From Dethiobacter sp. (GTDB lineage: Bacteria > Bacillota > Dethiobacteria > DTU022 > UBA8154), in the NCBI GenBank assembly GCA_020725665.1, contig DYEO01000033.1:5398-69397 (forward strand): a stretch of DNA of 64,000 nt. Direction: 5' to 3'. This document shows positions 43,002 through 51,880 of the stretch, one piece after another. Positions within the stretch are counted from its first letter, which is position 1. Each line of letters begins with the position of its first letter. The notes below the pieces were generated by a model. That model ran no database searches. It was not told where the DNA came from and saw nothing but the letters and a program-made list of their open reading frames with translations. Both the position numbers and the translations under genes were made by a program.

Positions 43002-44993
43002 GTGGAAAAAAAGATTGTCGGTGTTTTTAATGATCACACCCCACAGGCTGGTGAGAACTCATCCTGGCAGGAACGCCTGCGGCAGGAACTTAATGCGGAG
43101 CAATTTTTTTTCGTCACCCATCATCATCATACCATCCTGGGAATCGCCGGTCCCGGTTCCGGGAAAACGCGGGCTCTCACCTACCGTCTGGCCAACCTGC
43201 TCCAGGAGAAGGTCCCTCCCCACAACATCATGCTGGTAACATTTACGAACAAGGCTGCCGAGGAAATGAAAAAACGTGTGCGTGAAATCGCCGGTTATCT
43301 GCCGCCCGGCCTGTGGGCCGGGACTTTCCACAGCATCGGCGCCAGGATGTTGCGGCGCCACGCTCCCCTGGTGGAACGGAGTGCCAATTTCTCCATCCTG
43401 GATGAGGATGACCGGGCCGCCATGCTTAAGCTTGTTCTGGCCTCTTATAAAAGCGAACTTAAAGAGAAGGACCGGGACCTCTTCGTCAAGCGAGGTCTGC
43501 TTGGCAAAATAATCAGCTCCGCCCGTAACTCCGGCCTGGAGCTTGGCGCATACGTCAACAGCAGGATGCCGGAACTGGCCCCCTATCTTTCCATGTTCTA
43601 CCGTGTGGAGGAAGATTACGAGGAGAAAAAAAGGCTGGCCAACGCCTTCGATTACGATGACCTTTTAATCGTATGGTTAAGACTGCTCCAGGAAAACGCA
43701 GATCTGCTGCTGCGCTACCAGGAACAATTTCAGCATATCCTCGTGGACGAATTTCAAGATACCAATGTCATCCAGGACCGCCTGATCCTGCTGCTCGGGG
43801 AAAAAGGGTCCACCTGCCTGGTGGGGGATGACGCCCAGTCCATCTACAGTTTTCGCTGTGCGGAGATTGACAATATGCTGAACTTTCCCCATAAGAAAGC
43901 GGGCTGCACCGTCGTCAAGCTGGTACAGAATTACCGCAGCGTACCCGAGATCCTGGAATTGGCCAACTGCTCCATCAGCAACAACAACGTGCAGATCCCC
44001 AAACAGTTGACGGCCGTTCGTCCCTCCGGGGATAAACCCCGTATCTACCTTCCCTCCGACAATTATGAGGAGGCTGGTTTTGTTACGCGCATGGTGCAGG
44101 AGCTATATAGTGACGGCCTGCAGCTTCAGGATATAGCCGTACTTTACCGCAGTTCTTACCTGTCGCAGGATATTGAGCTGGCCCTGATCAATCAGAACAT
44201 CCCCTACCTGACCTTCGGCGGCCTTAAGTTCTTGCAAAGGGCGCATATTAAGGATATTTTGGCGTGGCTGAAGATCCTGGAAAACCCCCGGGACGAACTG
44301 TCCTGGCAGCGGGTGGCTCTTCTGCACGAAGGCATCGGACCTGCTACCTTCCAGGCAGCCTGGCAGAAACTTAAATCCTACCCCAACCCCCTGGAGGCGG
44401 TGCTGGGAGAAAAAATATTGCCGCAGCGGGGCCGGCAGGGGTGGCAAACCTTGAAAGATACTTTGGCGCGCCTGCATGAAGCAGACCGGGATAGCGTGCC
44501 CCAGCTGATCTCTATCATCATGAAGAGCCCCTACGGCCATATCCTGCAGCAAAAATATCCCGATGATTACGTGGAAAGAAGCCTGGGCATTGAAAGGCTT
44601 GCCGCTTACGGGGCACGCTGTGCTTCCGTGAGAGATTTTTTGGAGTCCCTGCTGCTGGAGGAGACGCTGATTCTCGACAGTATAAAGGAAGAAAATCCGG
44701 ATAAGGATTTCTTAACCCTCTCCACCATTCACAGCGCCAAGGGTAAGGAATGGAAAGCGGTCTTCGTGGTAGGGTTGAACGAGGGACATTTTCCCTCGGC
44801 CCTGGGGATGAAAAATTTGGAAGAGGAAAGACGGCTCTTTTACGTAGCTGTCACACGGGCCAAGGATTTCCTTTATCTTACGGCGGCACAGGAGGACTAT
44901 CGCGGCTGGAACCGCTACATCAGCGGTCCATCCCCCTTTCTCACTGAACTACCCCTGCACTGCTACCAGGTAGTGGAAGAGTACGATATATAG
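43002..44993 (+). CDS. UvrD/PcrA-family ATP-dependent DNA helicase
   Basis: It carries AGPGSGKT (motif I), LVDEFQDTN (II), VGDDAQSIYSFR, NYRS, TIHSAKGKEW and YVAVTRA. I place the start at the GTG at 43002 after ggaggg. The upstream part of the track ORF has no helicase similarity. Confidence 0.85.
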   Translation: MEKKIVGVFNDHTPQAGENSSWQERLRQELNAEQFFFVTHHHHTILGIAGPGSGKTRALTYRLANLLQEKVPPHNIMLVTFTNKAAEEMKKRVREIAGYLPPGLWAGTFHSIGARMLRRHAPLVERSANFSILDEDDRAAMLKLVLASYKSELKEKDRDLFVKRGLLGKIISSARNSGLELGAYVNSRMPELAPYLSMFYRVEEDYEEKKRLANAFDYDDLLIVWLRLLQENADLLLRYQEQFQHILVDEFQDTNVIQDRLILLLGEKGSTCLVGDDAQSIYSFRCAEIDNMLNFPHKKAGCTVVKLVQNYRSVPEILELANCSISNNNVQIPKQLTAVRPSGDKPRIYLPSDNYEEAGFVTRMVQELYSDGLQLQDIAVLYRSSYLSQDIELALINQNIPYLTFGGLKFLQRAHIKDILAWLKILENPRDELSWQRVALLHEGIGPATFQAAWQKLKSYPNPLEAVLGEKILPQRGRQGWQTLKDTLARLHEADRDSVPQLISIIMKSPYGHILQQKYPDDYVERSLGIERLAAYGARCASVRDFLESLLLEETLILDSIKEENPDKDFLTLSTIHSAKGKEWKAVFVVGLNEGHFPSALGMKNLEEERRLFYVAVTRAKDFLYLTAAQEDYRGWNRYISGPSPFLTELPLHCYQVVEEYDI

Positions 44994-45009
44994 GCAACGT
45001 TATTACCGG

Positions 45010-45041
45010 CTGTAGGGGCGAGGCATGCCCCGCCCCTACAG
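45010..45041. repeat. REP-like palindrome (GTAG...CTAC) between convergent genes; probably also a bidirectional terminator
   Basis: ctGTAGgggcgaggcatgccccgcccCTACag forms a 14-bp stem with one mismatch. Confidence 0.65.
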
Positions 45042-45093
45042 ATAAACAGCAGCCAGACTAAACAAAAAATGTCCCTGGTTTTTCCGGCTCGCA

Positions 45094-45123
45094 GGCGGGC
45101 GGGCACGGAGACCCGCCCCTACA
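45094..45123 (-). repeat. REP-like element: GTAG head plus GC-rich hairpin
   Basis: The minus strand reads tGTAGgggcgggtctccgtgcccgcccgcc. Confidence 0.65.
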
Positions 45124-45183
45124 TTCCACATCTGTATATTAATATAGTGGACATTCCCTCTGAAAGAGGTGTGTCCCCTTACC

Positions 45184-45564
45184 TTAGAAGGCGTTTTCAA
45201 TTATTTTTACCTGGCAGGCCTGCCGGGCGTCCCTTTCAAGGTGGACGATAACTACGTCAAAGCGGCAGGGACGTTCCAACATTCCCTTCACCTTGAGGTA
45301 GTATGTGGCTACCTGGCACAGTTTACGCTGCTTGCGGAAACCGATGGACGCCTCGGCCAGGCCGGTAAAACGGGGGCTGTTGGTCCGCACCTCCACGAAT
45401 ACGAGGGTATCTCCCTGGTAAGCGATAATGTCAAGTTCTCCGAGTGGGCAGGTATAATTCCGCTCCGTAATGCGGTAACCCTTCCGTTGCAGGTAGGCAG
45501 CGGCAATTTCCTCCCCCTGTGTTCCCAGAGTTTGTTTATATTTCGGTTTCTTCTCCAGTGCCAT
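45184..45564 (-). CDS. yraN: YraN-family (UPF0102) endonuclease-like protein
   Basis: 126-aa ORF carrying GEEIAAAYLQRKGYRITERNY....GELDIIA......VFVEVR. Confidence 0.85.
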   Translation of the reverse strand: MALEKKPKYKQTLGTQGEEIAAAYLQRKGYRITERNYTCPLGELDIIAYQGDTLVFVEVRTNSPRFTGLAEASIGFRKQRKLCQVATYYLKVKGMLERPCRFDVVIVHLERDARQACQVKIIENAF

Positions 45565-45570
45565 CCTCTC

Positions 45571-45653
45571 CCGCCCTGCGGGGGCGGGTTTGGTGTGCCC
45601 GCCCGTTTTGGTTATTGCAGGTGAGCGAAGCGATACAGAGACCGCCCCCTACA
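45571..45653. repeat. REP-like elements: an inverted copy of the 45094 hairpin plus a GTAG-headed partial copy
   Basis: The reverse complement of 45571-45605 is cgggcgggcacaccaaacccgcccccgcagggcgg, compared with gcgggcgggcacggagacccgcccc. The segment gagaccgccccctaca at 45638-45653 repeats 45107-45123. Confidence 0.6.
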
Positions 45654-45666
45654 ATTTCGCCTGCCC

Positions 45667-46467
45667 TTAGATCCCCCATCTAAAGCTGTGGCGGTGCAGC
45701 GGCGACGGCCCCAGAACCTGCAGCATCACATGGTGATAGGAAGTGGCATAACCTTTGTGTTGGTCAAAGCCGTAGCCGGGATAGAGCGCAGCGAAGCCGT
45801 TCATAATATGGTCGCGCATAACCTTGGCCACAATCGATGCAGCAGCAATGCAAAGACAGGAGGCATCCCCTCCCCGAATCCCCTCCTGAGGGATGTCCAT
45901 CCCGGGAAGGGAGAAACCATCGCAGAGTAAGTAGTGGGGTTGGGGATGAAGCTGCCTGACAGCCAGGCGCATCGCTTCCAGGGAGGCCTGGTAAATATTT
46001 ATGCGGTCAATGAGGGCATGATCCACGACCCCCACCGCAATAGCCGTAGCCTCGGCGGCAAGTACGGTAAAGAGCCGTTCCCGTGCGGACGCGGTTAACT
46101 TTTTTGAATCATCCAACCCCTCCCAGAGAGATTCCTTGCGCCAGTCCAGGATCACCGCAGCAGCCACAACCGGACCGGCCAGGGGCCCCCGCCCCGCCTC
46201 GTCAATGCCGGCAACGAGGGAATGACCCTGCTCTTGCAACTCTCTTTCCCGGAGACTCATCCTATGTATGCGCTCCCGCTCTGCATCTCCTGTCCTGATC
46301 CGTCTCCGGTATGCCAGGAGTAGTTCGTGCACACCCTTGCGGGGGTCCTTACAGAGCAGTTCAATTTCTTCGTCATTCAGGTATTCGCTGGAGAGGATTT
46401 CTTGCAGTTTCTTAACGCTCAGGGCAGCAGGCTCAATTTTGCGGCTATTTACCCTTTCCTTTTTCAT
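45667..46467 (-). CDS. rnhB: ribonuclease HII
   Basis: 266-aa ORF with the VAGIDEAGRGPLAGPVV motif and the N-terminal extension common in Firmicutes. Confidence 0.9.
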   Translation of the reverse strand: MKKERVNSRKIEPAALSVKKLQEILSSEYLNDEEIELLCKDPRKGVHELLLAYRRRIRTGDAERERIHRMSLRERELQEQGHSLVAGIDEAGRGPLAGPVVAAAVILDWRKESLWEGLDDSKKLTASARERLFTVLAAEATAIAVGVVDHALIDRINIYQASLEAMRLAVRQLHPQPHYLLCDGFSLPGMDIPQEGIRGGDASCLCIAAASIVAKVMRDHIMNGFAALYPGYGFDQHKGYATSYHHVMLQVLGPSPLHRHSFRWGI

Positions 46468-47324
46468 CCCTCTTCACCTTCTGCCCCTTCTGCCGCTTCA
46501 GGCTCTTCCAGGCTTATACGTCCGAAAGCGCCCCGGCGAAAATCATTGATCATAAGATTTGCTGTTTTATCCAGATCAACCGCGCCGCCCGGCCCCAGGC
46601 AACAACGAACCTTGCCGATCTGCTGCAGCATGGTTTCAAAGTCTGCCGCTGTTTCACTTTTTCCCAGGTAAAAACGTGAAAAACGATTGAACAGAACATC
46701 CCTAGCAGAGATACGGAAAAACAACCAGCGTGCTGCATCTTCGGCCTGCGGCGCATCCCTTTCCAAGGCCCCGATTACTGCCAGTGCCAGCTTGCTGTTC
46801 TCGTTCCTAAGATAAGGGTAGAGGAGACCGGGTGTGTCCAGCATCTCCCAGCCGGCACGCAGGCGGATCCATTGCGGGCCGCGGGTAATACCGGGTCGCG
46901 CGCCCGTCTTCAGGGCAAACCTGCCGGCCAGACGGTTGATGATGGAGGACTTACCCACATTGGGAATACCGGCAACAACAAGCCGCAGGGGGCGGTTAAA
47001 TTTTAAATCACGGGGGCTTCGCTGCAGCAGTTTTTTTTCCAGTTCCTTGAGGGCGGTGGGGTTTTTTGTACTGAAAGGAAAAGCAGGGCGCCCCTCCCTG
47101 CAAAAAAAATCGAGCCAGCGGCCCGTGATCTCTTTTTCTGCCAAATCGGCTTTATTCAGGATGATGACATTCTTCACAGCGAGCATTTTAGCAAGGCGTG
47201 TATTCCTGCTGGTAAGGGGCAGACGGGCGTCCAGAACCTCCAGCACCATATCCACATGCCTGAGAATCTTCAGCAGTTTCTTTTCTTCCTTGAAAACAAC
47301 ATCGGGTGTTCCCGGGGCTTGCAT
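46464..47324 (-). CDS. rbgA: ribosome biogenesis GTPase A (YlqF/RbgA)
   Basis: It has circularly permuted G motifs: LDARLP, NKADL and GIPNVGKSSIINRL. Confidence 0.9.
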   Translation of the reverse strand: MQAPGTPDVVFKEEKKLLKILRHVDMVLEVLDARLPLTSRNTRLAKMLAVKNVIILNKADLAEKEITGRWLDFFCREGRPAFPFSTKNPTALKELEKKLLQRSPRDLKFNRPLRLVVAGIPNVGKSSIINRLAGRFALKTGARPGITRGPQWIRLRAGWEMLDTPGLLYPYLRNENSKLALAVIGALERDAPQAEDAARWLFFRISARDVLFNRFSRFYLGKSETAADFETMLQQIGKVRCCLGPGGAVDLDKTANLMINDFRRGAFGRISLEEPEAAEGAEGEEG

Positions 47325-47330
47325 GCCGTG

Positions 47331-47924
47331 TCACCTGTTCAGAAGGATATCCTTTGCGGAATTATTCAACAAGCCTGCGCTGGGGATGGGCCAGAAAACG
47401 AGCATGGCCTTGCCCTTGACCCGTTCCAGGGAGATGGTTCCCACGGCCGGGTCGCGGCTGTCCATGCTGTTATCCCGGTTATCTCCTAGGACAAAGATAT
47501 GCCCCCCCGGCACAACGATCGGACCATAATCTTGCATTGCCTGTCTCCGGATGTACGGCTCCACCTGCATTTTTTCGTTAACATAAAGCCGACCGTCCCG
47601 AATCTCCACCTCATCGCCGCCAAAAGCAATTATTCTTTTGATAAAATCGCGGCGGGGTGAATAGTTGAAAACAATAATATCGCCTTGTTCCGGCTCTTTA
47701 AAGTTATAGATGATTTTGTTTACAATTAACCTTTCATGGTGCTTGAGCGTGGGGTACATGGAAGTGCCTTCTACGAGAAAGGTCTCGAAAAAGAAGAGGC
47801 GGATGATCAAAGCGATAACAATAGCCAGGGCAATGGATTTAAGCCATTCCTTCAATTCGCTGCTGCTAGCCTTTGGCTCCCTCTCCTCCTTAACCGCTTG
47901 CTCGTTCATTAACAAAGACCCCAA
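47331..47924 (-). CDS. lepB: signal peptidase I
   Basis: It has an N-terminal TM segment and the GTSMYPTL and GDNRDNSMDSR boxes. Confidence 0.9.
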   Translation of the reverse strand: MGSLLMNEQAVKEEREPKASSSELKEWLKSIALAIVIALIIRLFFFETFLVEGTSMYPTLKHHERLIVNKIIYNFKEPEQGDIIVFNYSPRRDFIKRIIAFGGDEVEIRDGRLYVNEKMQVEPYIRRQAMQDYGPIVVPGGHIFVLGDNRDNSMDSRDPAVGTISLERVKGKAMLVFWPIPSAGLLNNSAKDILLNR

Positions 47925-47944
47925 TCTTCAATAGTATAAGCATT

Positions 47945-48286
47945 TTAACGCGCTTCCTTGATCCGGGCCGCCTTTCCTCTTAACCTGCGCAGGTAGTATA
48001 GCTTGGCCCGTCTTACCGCGCCCTTGCGTATAACCTCGATCTTTTCGATCTTGGGAGAATGAAGGGGAAACGAGCGTTCCACGCCGACACCGTAAGAGAC
48101 GCGCCGCACTGTAAAACTCTCACCCAGGCCGCTGCCCCGGCGTTTAATCACTATCCCTTCAAAGGTCTGAATTCTTTCCCTGTTCCCTTCAATTACCTTG
48201 AAGTGAATACGTACCGTATCACCAGGGGTAAAATGGGTTACTTCTTCTTTCATAAAATCTTTTTCCACGTTCTTGATCAGATCCAT
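47945..48286 (-). CDS. rplS: 50S ribosomal protein L19
   Basis: [31 protein letters not shown] is the L19 pattern. I place the start at the ATG after aaaggag. Confidence 0.95.
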   Translation of the reverse strand: MDLIKNVEKDFMKEEVTHFTPGDTVRIHFKVIEGNRERIQTFEGIVIKRRGSGLGESFTVRRVSYGVGVERSFPLHSPKIEKIEVIRKGAVRRAKLYYLRRLRGKAARIKEAR

Positions 48287-48320
48287 TTTCCTTGCTCCTT
48301 TCACCTTACAATCTCTATTT

Positions 48321-48362
48321 ACTCAGGTATTCAGCATTCAGCATTCAGCATTCAGCATTCAG
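48321..48362 (+). repeat. heptamer tandem array (actcagg, tattcag, then cattcag x4) followed by aatgccccgag
   Basis: Read directly from the sequence. mRNA sense is CTGAATG. It lies in the trmD-rplS spacer. Confidence 0.9.
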
Positions 48363-48448
48363 AATGCCCCGAGATTATGCTTCCAGCAATTAATTAACCT
48401 CTTGCAAAAGAAGTGTTGTATCGGAAATATCCCCCATATCCCGGTTCT

Positions 48449-48490
48449 CTCATTCTGACTCCTGACTCCTGTCTCCTGCCTCCTGCCTTT
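48449..48490 (+). repeat. heptamer tandem array (ctcattc tgactcc tgactcc tgtctcc tgcctcc tgccttt)
   Basis: Read directly from the sequence. mRNA sense is GGAGNCA. It covers the stop codon and roughly the last 12 codons of trmD. Confidence 0.9.
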
Positions 48491-49166
48491 TTTCAAACAG
48501 TTCCGGTCTGTACAGCCGGGTACGCTCCAGGGATTGCCGGTAGCGCCAATGCTTAATCTCTCCATGGTTGCCGGAGAGAAGCACATCCGGCACGAGCATC
48601 CCTCTGAAATTATAGGGGCGTGTGTACTGGGGGTATTCAAGCATACCGTTTGTAAAGGACTCCTCTGCCAAAGAGGAATTACTTAACAAGCCGGGGATCA
48701 GGCGTGTTACGGCATCGACTAAAACCATGGCCGGAATTTCCCCTCCAGTGAGGACGAAATCGCCAATGGAAATCCGCTCCTGCGCCAGGTGGAGCGCTAC
48801 CCGTTCGTCAACACCTTCATAATGGCCACAGAGAATCACCATGTGGTTAAGAGCGCTCAGTTCCTGTGCTTTTCCCTGGTTAAAAATTGCTCCTCCCGGG
48901 GAAAGGAGAATAATTCTTGTTCCCGGATCCTCTTTTTTTACACCCAACGCCTCAACAGCCAGGAAAAAGGGTTCAGCACTCATTACCATGCCTGCTCCGC
49001 CACCGTAAGGGGCGTCATCCACACGGCGGTGTTTATCCGTACTGAAATCACGCAGGTCGATAATCCTGAGTTGCAACAACTCCTTTTCCTGTGCCCTTCT
49101 GAGCATGCTCTCGTCAAAAACACCGCTAAAACTGCCTGGAAAGGCGGAGATAATATCAATTTGCAT
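48450..49166 (-). CDS. trmD: tRNA (guanine37-N1)-methyltransferase
   Basis: 238-aa ORF that is TrmD-like throughout (MQIDIISAFP.., DDAPYGGGAGMVM, GRYEG-type HYEGVDER). The C-terminal tail RQEAGDRSQESE is encoded by the heptamer array. Confidence 0.95.
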   Translation of the reverse strand: MQIDIISAFPGSFSGVFDESMLRRAQEKELLQLRIIDLRDFSTDKHRRVDDAPYGGGAGMVMSAEPFFLAVEALGVKKEDPGTRIILLSPGGAIFNQGKAQELSALNHMVILCGHYEGVDERVALHLAQERISIGDFVLTGGEIPAMVLVDAVTRLIPGLLSNSSLAEESFTNGMLEYPQYTRPYNFRGMLVPDVLLSGNHGEIKHWRYRQSLERTRLYRPELFEKRQEAGDRSQESE

Positions 49167-49243
49167 TTCCTACCACACCCTGTCATTTCCAGCCACCGGA
49201 TAGATAGAGTTTAAATAATCATCCTGACAGGTAAGCTTAAAGG

Positions 49244-49780
49244 CTAATCCACAAGTCCCGGGGGGAGATCCAGCAGCATATAGCCTTCCTGCAGGTTGAT
49301 TTCCTTTACCACGATACGGGTGGCCGGAACGAGTATTTCCCCGCGTGGTTTTTCCCCTGCACTCTCCACAACATAAATATCATTACCCCCGGTTTTAATG
49401 ACCTCCCGTACCACACCCAGTTTCTCACCAGCGACGCTAAGGGCCGTCAGGCCGATGATCTCGTCAAAGTAATAGCTTCCCGCCGGCAGTTGAACCCGCT
49501 GATTTGCTGGAATTTTAAGCAGTGATCCGGTTAGGCGGGCCGCATCTTCCCATGTAGCACAACCTTCCAGATGAATGATCCAGAGGTTTTTATATACCCG
49601 TGCCTCTTTCACATTGTGGTACTCGAGCTGTCCATTTCTCTCCACGATCACTTCACGCAGTTCAGCGCAGCGCTCCGGGAAATCGGAGTAAGGGTAAACC
49701 TTTACGGCCCCCGTAACACCAAACGGGCCAATAAATTTACCAATAGTTGCCAGAGGTTCAGAGAGGGAAGAAGACATCAT
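49244..49780 (-). CDS. rimM: 16S rRNA processing protein RimM
   Basis: 178-aa ORF with RimM N-terminal and PRC barrel pattern, in conserved context. Confidence 0.9.
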   Translation of the reverse strand: MMSSSLSEPLATIGKFIGPFGVTGAVKVYPYSDFPERCAELREVIVERNGQLEYHNVKEARVYKNLWIIHLEGCATWEDAARLTGSLLKIPANQRVQLPAGSYYFDEIIGLTALSVAGEKLGVVREVIKTGGNDIYVVESAGEKPRGEILVPATRIVVKEINLQEGYMLLDLPPGLVD

Positions 49781-49787
49781 GTTCCCC

Positions 49788-50018
49788 TTATTCGATAATC
49801 TCTACCATGACCCGCTTGTTTTCCTTAACAGCAGCCGCGTTAACCACGGTGCGGATAGCCTTGGCGATACGCCCCTGTTTACCGATAACCTTGCCCATAT
49901 CTTCCGGGGCCACGCGCAGTTCCAGGATAATTGAGCGCTCACCTTCCACCTGCTGTACATCCACCTGTTCGGGATAATCAACAAGCGCTCTGGCAATGTA
50001 TTCCACGATTTCTTTCAT
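49788..50018 (-). CDS. KH-domain RNA-binding protein (YlqC/UPF0109)
   Basis: 76-aa ORF carrying ..[21 protein letters not shown].. It lies between rpsP and rimM. Confidence 0.85.
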   Translation of the reverse strand: MKEIVEYIARALVDYPEQVDVQQVEGERSIILELRVAPEDMGKVIGKQGRIAKAIRTVVNAAAVKENKRVMVEIIE

Positions 50019-50045
50019 CTGAAACCTACTCCCTTTTTGGTGTTG

Positions 50046-50291
50046 TTAGCCCTGGAGTCCTGCTTTGGTAAATAGGGCCTTTACGGTATCAGTGGGCAAC
50101 GCACCGCGGGAAAGCCATTCGCCGGCCTTCTCAGCATCGATTTTAATCGTTGTCGGTTGAGTAGTCGGGTTATAATAACCTATCTCTTCAATAAACCTTC
50201 CATCACGGGGAGAACGAGAATCAGCAACAACGATACGGTAAAACGGTTTCTTTTTCGCTCCCATTCTTTTCAGACGAATACGTACGGGCAA
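50046..50291 (-). CDS. rpsP: 30S ribosomal protein S16
   Basis: [25 protein letters not shown] is the S16 pattern. The probable TTG start lies 8 nt after aggaggtg. Confidence 0.95.
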   Translation of the reverse strand: MPVRIRLKRMGAKKKPFYRIVVADSRSPRDGRFIEEIGYYNPTTQPTTIKIDAEKAGEWLSRGALPTDTVKALFTKAGLQG

Positions 50292-50332
50292 TGACAGCAC
50301 CTCCTGTGGTTAATAGTTTATTTAATAATAAA

Positions 50333-51676
50333 TTATCTAAAAGGGAAGAATCCCTTTGTTTTCTTCAAGCGGTTTTTATCGAGAGAACTGAACTGCCTGA
50401 GCATTTTTTTCATCTCGCCAAACTGTTTTAACAGCCGGTTCACGTCCTGCACTGTCGTTCCACTCCCGCCGGCAATACGGCGCCTGCGACTGCTGTTAAT
50501 GATCTCCGGCTGCAGCCGCTCCTGCCGGGTCATGGATTTTACGATGGCTTCAGCCTTCACCAACTCTTTTTCGTTAATGGACAGGTTTTTCATTCCCCTG
50601 GCCGCCTTGTTCATGCCGGGAATCATGCCCAGCAGTTCATCAAGGGGACCCATCTGCCTCACCTGTTGCAGCTGTTCCAGGAAATCCTCCAAAGTAAGGG
50701 TCTGGTTGTGCAGTTTCCGCTCGAGGAGGCGGCTTTTTTCCACGTCCACCACCTGTTGCGCTTTTTCAATGAGGGAAAGGACATCACCCATGCCAAGGAT
50801 GCGCGAGGCCATGCGGTCGGGGTGGAAGGGCTCAAAAGCATCCATTTTTTCCCCCAAACCGCTGAATTTAATGGGACAACCGGTAACAGCCCGTACGGAT
50901 AGAGCTGCACCACCCCTGGTATCACCGTCCAATTTGGTGAGGATAACCCCGGTCAGGCCCAACTGCTGGTGAAAAGTTCCGGCCACGTTAACCGCATCCT
51001 GCCCCGTCATGGCATCCACCACCAACAGGATTTCCAGGGGTTTTAGTCCTTCCTTAAGCCGGCCCAGTTCGGCCATTAACTCTGCGTCGATGTGCAGCCG
51101 GCCGGCCGTATCAATTATTACATAATCGTTTTGGTCGTAAGACGCTTTTTTTATGGCCTGCCTGGCAATCTGCAAGGGGTTTTCCCTGCCCATAGCGAAA
51201 ACCGGACTTCCCGTTTCCCGCCCCAGGGTCTCAAGTTGTTGGATCGCCGCCGGACGGTAGATATCAGCAGCCACCAGCAGGGGGTTGTGACCGCCACGGC
51301 GCAAGAGCAAAGCAAGTTTGGCCGCACTGGTAGTCTTCCCTGAGCCCTGCAGCCCTACCAGCATAACAGACTGGGGAGGCGGCGACGGCGGGGCAATTTT
51401 ACTCTGGGTTTCCCCCATGAGCCTGACCAGCTCTTCGTGGACGATCTTGATTACCTGCTGCCCGGGGGTAAGGCTCTTGATTACCTCCGCCCCGATGGCC
51501 CTTTCCTTCACGGCGGCGGTAAAATCTTTGGCTACCCGGTAATTAACATCCGCCTCCAGCAGGGCCATGCGCACTTCACGCAGGGCTGTCTCCACATCTT
51601 TCTCATTTAATTTTCCCTTACGTTTCAGTTTCTGAAACGTATCCTGAAGCTTTTCTGCCAGACCGCTAAATAACAA
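50333..51676 (-). CDS. ffh: signal recognition particle protein Ffh
   Basis: It has N, G (GLQGSGKTT, DTAGR, TKLDGD) and M domains. The start is uncertain. I chose the TTG giving MLFSGLAEKLQ, and the track start at 51712 overlaps the SD-like aaggagg. Confidence 0.93.
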   Translation of the reverse strand: MLFSGLAEKLQDTFQKLKRKGKLNEKDVETALREVRMALLEADVNYRVAKDFTAAVKERAIGAEVIKSLTPGQQVIKIVHEELVRLMGETQSKIAPPSPPPQSVMLVGLQGSGKTTSAAKLALLLRRGGHNPLLVAADIYRPAAIQQLETLGRETGSPVFAMGRENPLQIARQAIKKASYDQNDYVIIDTAGRLHIDAELMAELGRLKEGLKPLEILLVVDAMTGQDAVNVAGTFHQQLGLTGVILTKLDGDTRGGAALSVRAVTGCPIKFSGLGEKMDAFEPFHPDRMASRILGMGDVLSLIEKAQQVVDVEKSRLLERKLHNQTLTLEDFLEQLQQVRQMGPLDELLGMIPGMNKAARGMKNLSINEKELVKAEAIVKSMTRQERLQPEIINSSRRRRIAGGSGTTVQDVNRLLKQFGEMKKMLRQFSSLDKNRLKKTKGFFPFR

Positions 51677-51757
51677 AATAAATCGCCCCCAGTGGGCTAC
51701 CTCCTTTAACAATAACAGTTATACACTATTCCAACCCTAAAGTAAATACCTTGTTCC

Positions 51758-51772
51758 CATTCAGGTATTCAG
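51758..51772 (+). repeat. two heptamer-type units (cattcag, gtattcag) followed by aatgcaag
   Basis: Read directly from the sequence. It belongs to the same family as 48321-48362. Confidence 0.7.
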
Positions 51773-51810
51773 AATGCAAGTCTACGAATGTTTTCGCCTG
51801 TTTTTTATCC

Positions 51811-51873
51811 TTACTTCTGTTTCCTGTCTCTTGTCTCCTGGCTCTTGTTTCCTGGCTCTTGTTTCCTGAATGC
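51811..51873 (+). repeat. heptamer array of 8 units (ttacttc tgtttcc tgtctct tgtctcc tggctct tgtttcc tggctct tgtttcc) followed by tgaatgc
   Basis: Read directly from the sequence. mRNA sense is GGARACA/AGAGMCA. It includes a 14-nt higher-order duplication. Confidence 0.9.
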
Positions 51874-51880
51874 CGACCCC

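Noticed and set aside
48380-48420. Sigma-70 promoter for rplS (TTGCAA ... CATAAT on the minus strand) inside the trmD-rplS spacer
   Set aside because: The spacer between the candidate -35 and -10 boxes is about 22 nt, too long for a functional sigma-70-type promoter. I left it unannotated.
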